A stretch of DNA of 64,000 bases, taken from Macrostomum lignano (taxonomy: Eukaryota). A program made the translations under genes and the position numbers. Of the stretch, positions 12,043 through 37,835 are shown piece after piece. The stretch spans positions 464,940-528,939 of the forward strand of contig NIVC01000677.1 in NCBI GenBank assembly GCA_002269645.1, in the 5' to 3' direction. Below the pieces are notes generated by a model. It was not told the DNA's origin, did not search any database, and was given only the letters and a program-made list of their open reading frames with translations. Positions within the stretch are counted from its first letter, which is position 1; every line of letters starts with the position of its first letter.

Positions 12043-15000
12043 ATGAAAACGGACTCATCTGAGTCGGCCTGGCTGCTCGAGTTCGCCTGGTACGCAGCCA
12101 TGATTCCGGCGTGTGCGGCAGCCACCGCGGCCTTCGCATTCGCCGCCTGCGTGTTCTACCAGCTGGGCCGCCGGTCAGCGGACGACCGGCTTGGCGCACT
12201 GCGCGGCTTCTGCGTCCTGCTGGCCACGGAGACGCTGGTCTGCGCCAGCGCCGGCGTCTGCCTTGTCTTCAAGCTTCAACTGCTGCTGCTGGTCAGGCCG
12301 ATCGCCATCTCCGAGGACAGATCGGCCATCAGCGGAAATTCGACAATTGTGACGACGCAAACGCCGCCGTTGCACAGCGTGCAGCATCACATCTCCCCCA
12401 TCCCGCTGCTTGTGTCCTTCTACCTGACCAACTACCTGCTGTTCGTGCGCAATTATTGCATAGTGGCCAAGACCAGCCTGGCCCTGCATCACGTGGCCGC
12501 GCCGATCACCGCTCGAGTTCGATTAACGAAAACTCGAGTACTGATGGCTTACCTGGCCTGCTATGCGCTGGCGCTGGCGCCTGTGTGCGCCCGGTGAGAT
12601 TCGGTTTCTGGTAGAGTTGCACTGGGCGATGACCATTATAGGCTGGTGGTAGTCTTATGCAGTACTTCAGATTCTTTTGGTGTGATTAAGGCCTCATTTC
12701 AGTCAGTCTCGGGGTTGTAGTCTAGTGATTAGAACGTCGGACTCACAACTTGAAGGTCGGGGGTTCGATTCTCGTCCCACTCGGAACAATTTGTGTTCTT
12801 GAGCAAGACAATTAACTCCGCATTGCTTCAGTTCACCCAGCTGTAAAATGGGTGCCAGCTTTAGGTGGGGTAATTGAGGCTGTGTGTGGCGACCCCCCAT
12901 GCAGTCCTTGGATTGAACAGCCGTACGCAGCCTTCAGATGCGCCGCGCAATAGCTGCGGCTGAGCTGTCGGTTGCACATCTGCCCATTAGGGCAATTATT
13001 CAGTCAATTATTATTATTAGTATATTGAGTCAGTCAACAGGATCTTTAGATGTCAGCGTAAACTCTACCGCACAAAGGACACTCAATCATTCTCATGGTC
13101 AGGCATGCACAAACTCAGGGAACTCAGCTGAGCAGTTCTTGGTTTCTGAGGTCTTTTGGTGCCGGTGCAAATTTATCGGTCGGTGATGACATTGCTTGAC
13201 TTCTGTGCCACGGGGGCGGTGGGGAGATGGGATGTGAACTGCTGTCTGCCTTGACGGTTGGCCGAAATTGATGGGTGGCTTGCTGTTGCCTACAGAATAG
13301 CCACCTCTATGCTGCGCTAATTAGGGCAATACGAAATTTTGCTTTCTAAGAAAAATCGCATCCTGCCTCGGAGACAGACGGACAAGGGAATAAGTATCAT
13401 CTTCATGCGTGCGCACGGATGCGAGGCAGAAAGTCAGGGGAAGCGACTTGAGGAAGCGGACAGCCGGGAAGAGGTCAGCGCAGGACTTTGGCAATGAAGA
13501 TTTTCTTGAATTCAAATGCGAAGTCCAGCTCGGAGGTTGGGACTTTTTCAGGACCGTGCTTCATCCTCTCTCTAGATGCCTACTCGGCTTCGATAATCCC
13601 CCATCTCCCATGGAGTTGTAACTCCCCTGGGCCAGGAGGGGAAGCGGATGAGCAGACAAACCATTTTCCCCCAGTGTCGAAGTGTCCGTCATCAGTTTAT
13701 TATTCTCGCATCAATAAGCCCTGAGGGCGGAGGTCAGAGGGATCAGTAGGGCTTAATCTGCTATGCTAATGCGATTCCCTGAGCTGACTGGAGCCTCGAT
13801 ATTGAGTTGTCTTAAAGACAGGCCCATTGCAGCATTTCAAGTGATGGACAGGGTGACGAGGCGTTGCGAGTGAATTTTAATGTGGTATGTTTTTTTCAAC
13901 TTTCGCGATTCAATTAGTTAAGGCGCGACACGTCAGCTCAGAGCGGAGCTGCTCGGCAGCCCGTCTTTGACAATAGCAGCAATGCCAGATTGTTTGGCAT
14001 AAATTAATACTTTGGTTTCAGTTAAGCGTATTCTGCTCAGCAGTGACCGCTATTTTACCCTGGTAAATCTCCCAGTAGATGTAGGAGTAGAACTCAGATC
14101 TCCCTGTAGATGTAGGAGTAGAACTCAGATCTCCCTGTAGATGTAGGAGTAGAACTCAGATCTCCCTGTAGATGTAGGAGTAGAACGCAGATCTCCCTGT
14201 AGATGTAGGAGTAGAACGCAGATCTCCCTGTAGATGTAGGAGTAGAACTCAGATCTCCCTGTAGATGTAGGAGTAGAACGCAGATCTCCCTGTAGATGTA
14301 GGAGTAGAACTCAGATCTCCCAGTAGATGTAGGAGTAGAACTCAGATCTCCCCGTAGATGTAGGAGTAGAACTCAGATCTCCCAGTGGATGTATGGATGT
14401 AGGAGTAGAACTCAGATCTCCCCTAGATGTAGGAGTAGAACTCAGATCTCCCTGTAGATGTAGGAGTAGAACTCAGATCTCCCTGTAGATGTAGGAGTAG
14501 AACTCAGATCTCCCTGTAGATGTAGGAGTAGAACGCAGATCTCCCTGTAGATGTAGGAGTAGAACTCAGATCTCCCAGTAGATGTAGGAGTAGAACTCAG
14601 ATCTCCCCGTAGATGTAGGAGTAGAACTCAGATCTCCCAGTGGATGTATGGATGTAGGAGTAGAACTCAGATCTCCCCCTAGATGTAGGAGTAGAACTCA
14701 GATCTCCCTGTAGATGTAGGAGTAGAACTCAGATCTCCCTGTAGATGTAGGAGTAGAACTCAGATCTCCCTGTAGATGTAGGAGTAGAACTCAGATCTCC
14801 CAGTAGATGTAGGAGTAGAACTCAGATCTCCCAGTAGATGTAGGAGTAGAACTCAGATCTCCCTGTAGATGTAGGAGTAGAACTCAGATCTCCCTGTAGA
14901 TGTAGGAGTAGAACTCAGATCTCCCTGTAGATGTAGGAGTAGAACTCAGATCTCCCAGTAGATGTAGGAGTAGAACTCAGATCTCCCTGTAGATGTAGGA

Positions 15001-18000
15001 GTGGAACGCAGATCTCCCAGTAGATGTAGGAGTAGAACGCAGATCTCCCTGTAGATGTAGGAGTAGAACGCAGATCTCCCTGTAGATGTAGGAGTAGAAC
15101 GCAGATCTCCCTGTAGATGAAGGAGTAGAACTCAGATCTCCCAGTAGATGTAGGAGTAGAACGCAGATCTCCCTGTAGATGTAGGAGTAGAACTCAGATC
15201 TCCCTGTAGATGTAGGAGTAGAACTCAGATCTCCCAGTAGATGTAGCAGTAGAACTCAGATCTCCCTGTAGATGTAGGAGTAGAACGCAGATCTCCCTGT
15301 AGATGTAAGAGTGGAACGCAGATCTCCCTGTAGATGTAGGAGTAGAACTCAGATCTCCCAGTAGATGTAGCAGTAGAACTCAGATCTCCCTGTAGATGTA
15401 GGAGTAGAACGCAGATCTCCCTGTAGATGTAAGAGTGGAACGCAGATCTCCCTGTAGATGTAGGAGTAGAACTCAGATCTCCCAGTAGATGTAGGAGTGG
15501 AACGCAGATCTCCCTTAGATGTGGCAATGGACTTCAAGTACCTTTGGGAAGAATAAAAAAGGATAATTAGAAATATCAATTTTAGGAAATAGAAATGGAG
15601 CCAAGAAAATAGAAAAAAACAGTTTTTACTGGCACAGGTAAGATAAACTGACCAGATAAAAACCATTAAAGTTATAGAAAATTCATGTCTGCAATCAAAG
15701 TTTCTGAATTCTGAAGCTACGTCGTAAATTCAGTTTTGGATTACATGCAGATGGACCAACTGCCAAAAAAGGTCGTCAATGGACTTTGAAACGCAGTCCC
15801 CATGCGGATTCTAAAGAGAAGTTCCCCTTCGCTTGACGCTGATTGATTTAGTTGGCCAGCAGAATTAATTATGCAACGCGTCCACACTTGACTGTGCCAG
15901 TAAAGTTTCTGCGAATAGTTTGCATTTTTCGTTAGTAAATACAGACTCTAGTGTGGCCTTATACTTTTTAACTTTAACTCTAGTATCAGGTTTGAGTCAG
16001 TATCAGAGCTCTAGTATCAGGTTTGAGTCAGTATCAGAGCTCTAGTATCAGGTTTGAGTCAGTATCAGAGCTCTAGTATCAGGTTTGAGTCAGTATCAGA
16101 GCTCTAGTATCAGGTTTGAGTCAGTATCAGAGCTCTAGTAGATTTGAGTCAGTATCAGAGCTCTAGTATCAGGTTTGAGTCAATATCAGAGCTCTAGTAG
16201 ATTTGAGTCAATATCAGAGCTCTAGTAGATTTGAGTCAATATCAGAGCTCTAGTAGATTTGAGTCAATATCAGAGCTCTAGTAGGTTTGAGTCAATATCA
16301 GAGCTCTAGTATCAGGTTTGAGTCAATATCAGAGCTCTAGTGTCAGGTTTGAGTCAATATCAGAGCTCTAGTATCAGGTTTGAGTCAATATCAGAGCTCT
16401 AGTGTCAGGTTTGAGTCAATATCAGAGCTCTAGTATCAGGTTTGAGTCAGTATCAGAGCTCTAGTGTCAGGTTTGAGTCGATATCAGAGCTCTAGTGTCA
16501 GGTTTGAGTCGGTATCAGAGCTCTAGTGTCAGGTTTGAGTCAATATCAGAGCTCTAGTGTCAGGTTTGAGTCGGTATCAGAGCTCTAGTATCAGGTTTGA
16601 GTCAATATCAGAGCTCTAGTGTCAGGTTTGAGTCGGTATCAGAGCTCTAGTGCTGTGGCTCTGAGTCGGAGCCAGATCTACAGTACAGTTCATGCAACAG
16701 CACGTAACCTGGGCCATCTTTCATAATCCTGGGCCTAATCCGTTTTCATAATCAATTTGTTGTTCGACCGATGAAGCATCAGATAGTGGAGCACTCTCAG
16801 TCTTTAGTTTAGAAAATACGTCGCCTGCAGGCATAACTTGCGGCCTTGATGGACCGGCCTGGACTCTTGACGCTGCTCTGCCCCATCAATCACGCGCGCT
16901 ACAGGACGCGATCTCAAATCATACTCCGCTTGACAGCTGATATGGGCTAGCCAGTTCCACTGAAGCCATGCCTGTGCCTGGTCAGGGTGCCAAATAATTC
17001 TGTTGCTAGCCGGGGTGTTGATTCCGCTGATACTATGAGCATTGCATTGTAATGGGCATTAGCGCATATAATTCCTGCATACTAATTATGGAAATCTGAG
17101 CTCTGATAGCACTCTGCGTCAGAGTGTCAGTTCTGATTCGCGCATCATGGGCTCAAACTGATCGTGATTTGGCTAATAAATTAGCAACTTATGAATACAT
17201 AGCTTGAAGAGTAAACGCATTGCTTTGCAATCAATTTCGATTTTTATCAATTGATTTTTAACTGCGAAGCCACCTCACCCCCTGCCCAGCCACCTCACCC
17301 CCTGCCCAGCCACCTCACTTCCTGCCCAACCACCTCACTCCCTGCCCAACCACCTCACTCCCTGCCCAACCACCTCACTCCCTGCCCAACCACCTCACCC
17401 CCTGCCCAGCCACCTCACCCCCTGCCCAGCCACCTCACTTCCTGCCCAGCCACCTCACTCCCTGCCCAACCACCTCACTCCCTGCCCAACCACCTCACTC
17501 CCTGCTCAACCACCTCACTCCCTGCCCAACCACCTCACCCCCTGCCCAGCCACCTCACTTCCTGCCCAACCACCTCACTCCCTGCCCAACCACCTCACTT
17601 CCTGCCCAGCCACCTCACTCCCTGCCCAACCACCTCACTCCCTGCTCAACCACCTCACTCCCTGCCCAACCACCTCACCCCTGCCCAGCCACCTCACTTC
17701 CTGCCCAACCACCTCACTCCCTGCCCAGCCACCTCACTCCCTGCCCAGCCACCTCACTCCCTGCCCAACCACCTCACCCCCTGCCCAACCACCTCACCCC
17801 CTGCCCAACCACCTCACTCCCTGCCCAACCACCTCACTCCCTGCCCAACCACCTCGCTCCCTGCCCAACCACCTCACTCCCTTCAGAAATACATGCTCAG
17901 TGATCAACTTTCGTAATGAAAAGTCTACATAGACACGGCAACACAGACGCACACCAATAGCACACGCACTGCCGCTACCCCACTGCCAAAATCGCAGCTT

Positions 18001-18733
18001 CTCAGCGGAGAACATCAGCGACTACGTGACCGCCGACGCTCTACCCGCCTACGCCCGGCTGCTGTCGGCCAACCACGCCCTGGTGCACACAATCGTCTTC
18101 GCACTGCAGGGTCCCCTACCGGCCGGTCTGGCGCTGCTGCTCTCGCTGATCATCGCCGTCCACCTCGTGTTCCTGCGCCGCAGCCCGCAGGCCTGGTCAG
18201 TCAGCGACGCCGCCGATGCCGCGCCAGCGCAGCCAGCGTCGACGCCGAGCGACCGGCTGTCGAGACGCGCCGCCGGCCGAGTCCTACTTGTTGCCATCGC
18301 CTTCGCCGCCTGCGAGCTGCCGACGGCCACCCTGGCCGTGCTGGACATCAACGGCGAGGAGACCAGCGGCGTGGTGCTGACCAGACTGCTCGGCAACCTG
18401 CTGGTACTGGCGGACTCCTACTGCAACCTGGCCCTCATCGCCCTGACCAACAGGAAGTTCCTGCGCCAGGCCGGCAGAATCCTGAGCTGCCGGTGCCGCA
18501 GGCGAGTCGAAGAGCCGCGCGGCCGCGGAGCCACCCGCAGCGAAGCCAACGGCGGCGCCGACGCACCGGTTTGGCTTCGTCAGCGGAGGCGCTGGTCGGC
18601 GGCCGTCGACGGTCACGACGCTGACAATCCAGGAGGTCTCGAAGGCGGAGCTGCTGTACCGATGGTGGCGAGGGAATCCGCGGCGCCAATGATTGGCTCG
18701 TCTCTGCGAGGCACCATCGTGTGCCGGGTCTGA
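12043..18733 (+). CDS. Divergent rhodopsin-like (class A) 7TM receptor (exons 12043-12593, 17998-18733; ~428 aa)
   Basis: Phase-2 donor CG|GTGAGA at 12594 matches acceptor ATCGCAG|C at 17997 (VCAR-FSAENIS). Four hydrophobic helices in exon 1 and three in exon 2. TM6 FAACELP; TM7/H8 DSYCNLALIALTNRKFLR...SC resembles the N..Y.....FR pattern of peptide/chemosensory GPCRs. Confidence 0.8.
12711..13020 (+). mobile_element. tRNA-derived SINE, family 1 (CORE-like central domain)
   Basis: A box GTAGTCTAGTGATT, B box GGTTCGATTC, tRNA-Met/Val-like head. Central CTTGAGCAAGACAATTAAC...CAGTT..CCCAGCTGTAAAATGGG; (ATT)n-like tail. Second copy at 24703-24995. Confidence 0.85.
14070..15515 (+). repeat. 31-nt minisatellite (GATCTCCCTGTAGATGTAGGAGTAGAACTCA)
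   Basis: About 46 units, in the GPCR intron. Confidence 0.95.
15978..16652 (+). repeat. 31-nt minisatellite (CTCTAGTATCAGGTTTGAGTCAGTATCAGAG)
   Basis: About 22 units with shorter variants, in the GPCR intron. Confidence 0.95.
17270..17882 (+). repeat. 20-nt minisatellite (CCTGCCCAACCACCTCACTC)
   Basis: About 30 units, ending ~115 nt before the GPCR acceptor. Confidence 0.95.
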
Positions 18734-18929
18734 CTGGCTGTCCAGTCCCTGTTTACCGGTTTCAATTTGCACATTTGCATCACCCTGCGAAATTTTGCAT
18801 TCCAATGCCGCTCTGTAAGAAGGTGAATTTTATGCTTTGTGGATCGCGAGTCGTAAAGCGTGATGCTGTCGATGAAAAACTGTCAATATCCTGAATTCTC
18901 TATGACTCAAGCTGCCTCAAACATGAACT

Positions 18930-19420
18930 TTCTATGACCTGAACTGTCTATGACCCAAACTGTCTATTACCCAAACTGTCTATTACCCAAACTGTCTATC
19001 ACCCAAACTGTCTATCACCCAAACTGTCTATCACCCAAACTGTCTATCACCCAAACTGTCTATCACCCAAACTGTCTATCACCCAAACTGTCTATGACCC
19101 AAACTGCCTATCACCCAAACTGTCTATCACCCAAACTGTCTATCACCCAAACTGTTTATCACCCAAACTGTCTATCACCCAAACTGTCTATCACCCAAAC
19201 TGTCTATCACCCAAACTGTCTATGACCCAAACTGCCTATCACCCAAACTGTCTATCACCCAAACTGTCTATCACCCAAACTGTCTATCACCCAAACTGTC
19301 TATCACCCAAACTGTCTATCACCCAAACTGTCTATCACCCAAACTGTCTATGAGATCCAAACTGCCTATGAGATCCAAAATGTCTATGAGACCCAAACTG
19401 TCTATGACCTAAACTGTTTA
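18930..19420 (+). repeat. 16-nt minisatellite (TCTATCACCCAAACTG)
   Basis: About 28 units. Confidence 0.95.
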
Positions 19421-20225
19421 TCCCCAAACTGTGCATGGCGCAAACTATCGATGACCCGAACTGGCTAGCGCTATGACCCAAACTACTTCAAGTATGTATG
19501 TTTCAAATTGACTTTACCCTGAAATGTATCGTAGTCTATACGTCGTATATATCTACAAATGTATATATAGATTTCAAGTTATCTCTGACCCGAACTATGT
19601 ATTACGACTCAAACTACCTATGACTGAATCAAAATTTAAAGGACACAAACTTTATCGTTATAAATTTAAACTGATGCATCAACAAACACTACTGTACATC
19701 TACGATCTCCACTTTCTGGTTATCAATTTTCAATTTACGCTATTTTGACGGAAGAGAAACATTTCTGCTAAAATGATCAGCCTACATGTTGCATTTCCGC
19801 ATGCAAAAACCTCACTCACTCAGCCGCAGATATCTGATAGGGATTTGTGTAAGAATTCTGATCTCGGCACTGGATAGCAGAAAGTACTTCCTTCCCCCGC
19901 TGCCAGGAGACCGCTCTTGCATAATCTAATCAGGGTGAGGTGGAGGACGACCGAGATCCCATTTGGGATTTCCAGAACGCCAGCAATCCTTCTCGAGGAC
20001 AGAAGCTTTCAAGAGTGAGCGCAGAGCCGCACCCGAATCCAATTTTCTGCAACATTTATTGCACAGCCGGCTTAAAGTATCGCCACAGTGGATGCAGGTG
20101 ACGCTGCTTGGTGCAGCTGGGTAATTATTGATTCCTAACATTTGATTCCTAACCACTGCCTCTTCGATATTCTGCGTGCTCGGTTGATTTAGGCTAAAAA
20201 CACCTGGCCTTGCTATGGGCTTCTG

Positions 20226-20385
20226 ATGAACTCCCTGACACCCCTACTATGGCGACTGATAAACTCCCTGACACCCCTGCTATGGCTCCTGATCAACTCC
20301 CTGACACCCCTACTATGGCTCCTGATCAACTCCCTGACACCCCTACTATGGCTCCTGATCAACTACCTGACACCCCTACTGACAT
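20226..20385 (+). repeat. 33-nt tandem repeat (GCTCCTGATCAACTCCCTGACACCCCTACTATG)
   Basis: About 5 units. Confidence 0.9.
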
Positions 20386-20574
20386 CTAATCATGTAAAAT
20401 CGACTTCCAAATTAATAAACACATTGTCTGCAGAATAATATCATGCCCATATATAATATTTAATAACGGTGTCTTGTGAGCTCAATAAACGCGGTGTGCA
20501 GTTTAACATCGGTTTGAAAAGTTCACAAACTTTTGAGATCGCATACATCCTCAGGGAGACACGCCCGGTTCTTC

Positions 20575-21105
20575 GGTGTGCTGCCCCTCTTCCCCAGTCT
20601 CTCTGTGTGCTGCCCCTCTCCCCCAGTCTCTCTGTGTGCTGCCCCTCTTCCCCAGTCTCTCTGTGTGCTGCCCCTCTCCCCCAGTCTCTCTGTGTGCTGC
20701 CCCTCTCCCCCAGTCTCTCTGTGTGCTGCCCCTCTCCCCCAGTCTCTCTGTGTGCTGCCCCTCTCCCCCAGTCTCTCTGTGGGCTGCCCCTCTCCCCCAG
20801 TCTCTCTGTGTGCTGCCCCTCTCCCCCAGTCTCTCTGTGTGCTGCCCCTCTCCCCCAGTCTCTCTGTGTGCTGCCCCTCTCCCCCAGTCTCTCTGTGTGC
20901 TGCCCCTATCCCCCAGTCTCTCTGTGTGCTGCCCCTCTCCCCCAGTCTCTCTGTGGGCTGCCCCTCTCCCCCAGTCTCTCTGTGGGCTGCCCCTCTCCCC
21001 CAGTCTCTCTGTGTGCTGCCCCTCTCCCCCATTCTCTGTAGGCTGCCCCTCTCCCCCAGTCTCTCTGTGGGCTGCCCCTCTCCCCCAGTCTCTGTAGGCT
21101 GCCGC
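20575..21105 (+). repeat. 29-nt minisatellite (GTGCTGCCCCTCTCCCCCAGTCTCTCTGT)
   Basis: About 18 units. Confidence 0.95.
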
Positions 21106-21693
21106 ATTCATTCTATAAAGTCGTGCAAAATTGAGGATAATAAAAAATCCTGATTGCGTAATTGCTGTAGTATCTAAGGCACTAATTAAATTTCATAAAT
21201 AGACAGTTTCGAATAATATATAAGAATACACTGAGCTACACAAGCCTACTCAGCAATAGCCAAAACTCCCAAACTCAGGCACAAAAGTTTAACAATGCCA
21301 ATGGTGATTGGGTAGCCTGTGAAGAAACCACCAGAATTCAATTTGAGTGGCGTCACTCATTGTAGCATCAGGGGCGTAGCGGGGTGCAAAAACACCAGGG
21401 GCGTCAGCACCAGAGGCGCCAGCACCAGAGGCGCCAGCACCAGAGGCCCCAGCACCAGAGGGGCCAGCACCAGAGGCGCCAGAGACCTTTGTCCGCCGAA
21501 TGGAGGGAAGAGACTGATCCTGTGTGGCATACTGATCAGCCAGCTTGATAAACTAATGTGCAGCTGAGTCACCAATAATGGCATTGCTCAGCTTCTGCGC
21601 CAAGCTAAGAGTGGATAGTTTAGCAATTGCAAAATTCCAATATTGTAAGTTTCGACTTTCCAAGTTCACATTGCAAAAATCGCAGGCCAATGA

Positions 21694-21694
<1 letters not shown>

Positions 21695-21752
<58 letters not shown>
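21695..21752 (+). repeat. (TC)n microsatellite abutting the iGluR-A stop codon
   Basis: (GA)n on the mRNA strand begins directly at the TAG (21754-21752). Confidence 0.95.
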
Positions 21753-36364
<14,612 letters not shown>

Positions 36365-36487
36365 GCTTTCGGCGGTGGGTGCCTGTCGTCGCAGCTCTGG
36401 TATCAACTCAAAACTTTGGGTGGCAAAAATTTATTCAACTGAACAGGCTAATTGGGGCCCTTCTTTGTATATAATCTCCATTTGCTA

Positions 36488-36501
36488 GTTTCCATGACAA
36501 C
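36488..36501. promoter_or_regulatory. RFX X-box (GTTTCCATGACAAC) with overlapping CCAAT, upstream of iGluR-A
   Basis: Matches RTHNYY-WT-RRNRAC at every position, ~124 bp upstream of the ATG at 36364. CCAATC at 36501-36506. Confidence 0.55.
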
Positions 36502-36874
36502 CAATCAAAGCAGATAGACTTCGGTCGTTTGATCCGAGATGAAGTTTCAACCGAAAACTCGCATTTTGATGATTGAGAAGAAAGCTAACTGGCAGCAGTT
36601 GAAAGCATCGATGCCAGTTCGGATTGCTTCATGTTCGATTTTGGTTGCTAAGCCAAAACTTTGGTTGCTGTGCCTGCAGTATCAGCTTTCACTGAGCACA
36701 AACACTTTTGCTTTTGTAGCTTTGTGCGGCCTGGCTCTCTGTTTAATTGACTCAGTAATTGCCTAATTAGCCTGCACAAATTTATCAATGAATTGATGCT
36801 AAACCAATTTTAATTGTGCTTTGCATGCGGCAGGGGAATTCAAATATGCTCGTAGCTTATGTGGGGGGCAGTGG

Positions 36875-36985
36875 GAGACAGAAGGAGACAGAGGGAGACA
36901 GAGGGAGACAGAGGGAGACAGAGGGAGACAGAGGGAGACAGAGGGAGACAGAGGGAGACAGAGGGAGACAGGGAGACAGGGAGAC
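36875..36985 (+). repeat. 10-nt repeat (GAGGGAGACA)
   Basis: About 10 units. Confidence 0.9.
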
Positions 36986-37499
36986 AGCGTGGCAGCAGCC
37001 AGGTGAGGGGCAGCGGGACCCACAGGCTGACTGGGTGAGGTCACAGTCACTAATTAATAAAAAAATATATTTCAAGGCGCTTTATTTCAAGGAGCTTTTC
37101 AGAAACGTTAAGCCGGGATTAAACGGCAGATCAAATCTGTTTTCGCAGAGACTGAGTTCTTATTTTACTCGAGGACATTGAAAAGAAACATTGAAATCGG
37201 TGTGCAAGGTCACATGGTTGTAAAAAAAACAATTTGCAGAGGAAAAATAGACGTACTTACATACAGTACTGTAGATAGATGGCTAACTAATTGCAAGTAG
37301 AATGACTGCAGTGTTTACACCATTAGTGTTGTTTCTACTGAAGTAATTAAGAAACAGAAATATGTATGTAAAGGTATGCTTAAGTGCAAAAATATGTAAA
37401 GTACTCAAGTGCACAACATACGCTCGTGTCAAATTACGAAAACATTTTAATACCGTTTTATTGCTTTAGAGTGATAAGACTTAAGTGGATAGATGCTAG

Positions 37500-37760
37500 C
37501 ATACTAGAGTACTAAAGTACTAGAGTACTAAAGTACTAGAGTACTAAAGTACTAGAGTACTAAAGTACTAGAGTACTAAAGTACTAGACTACTAAAGTAC
37601 TAGAGTACTAAAGTACTAGAGTACTAAAGTACTAGACTACTAGAGTAATATGGTATTAGAGTACTGGAATACTAGAGTACTAGCGTACTAGTGTACTAGA
37701 GTGCTAGAGTGCTAGAGTGCTAGAGTGCTAGAGTGCTAGAGTTCTAGAGTACTGGAGTAC
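37500..37760 (+). repeat. 16-nt (GTACTAGAGTACTAAA) and 8-nt (GTGCTAGA) tandem repeats
   Basis: Palindrome-rich units downstream of the iGluR-B stop. Confidence 0.9.
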
Positions 37761-37835
37761 GGAGGTACCAGCGCGACAAGGTGCTCAGAGTGCGAAAATG
37801 TTTTCCTCCAGTCAAAGGTAATTTCATCCTCTGCT

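Noticed and set aside
12711-12785. tRNA-Met/Val-like sequence as a tRNA gene
   Set aside because: The acceptor stem is imperfect, and it continues into a ~230-nt body shared with a second copy; it is a SINE head.
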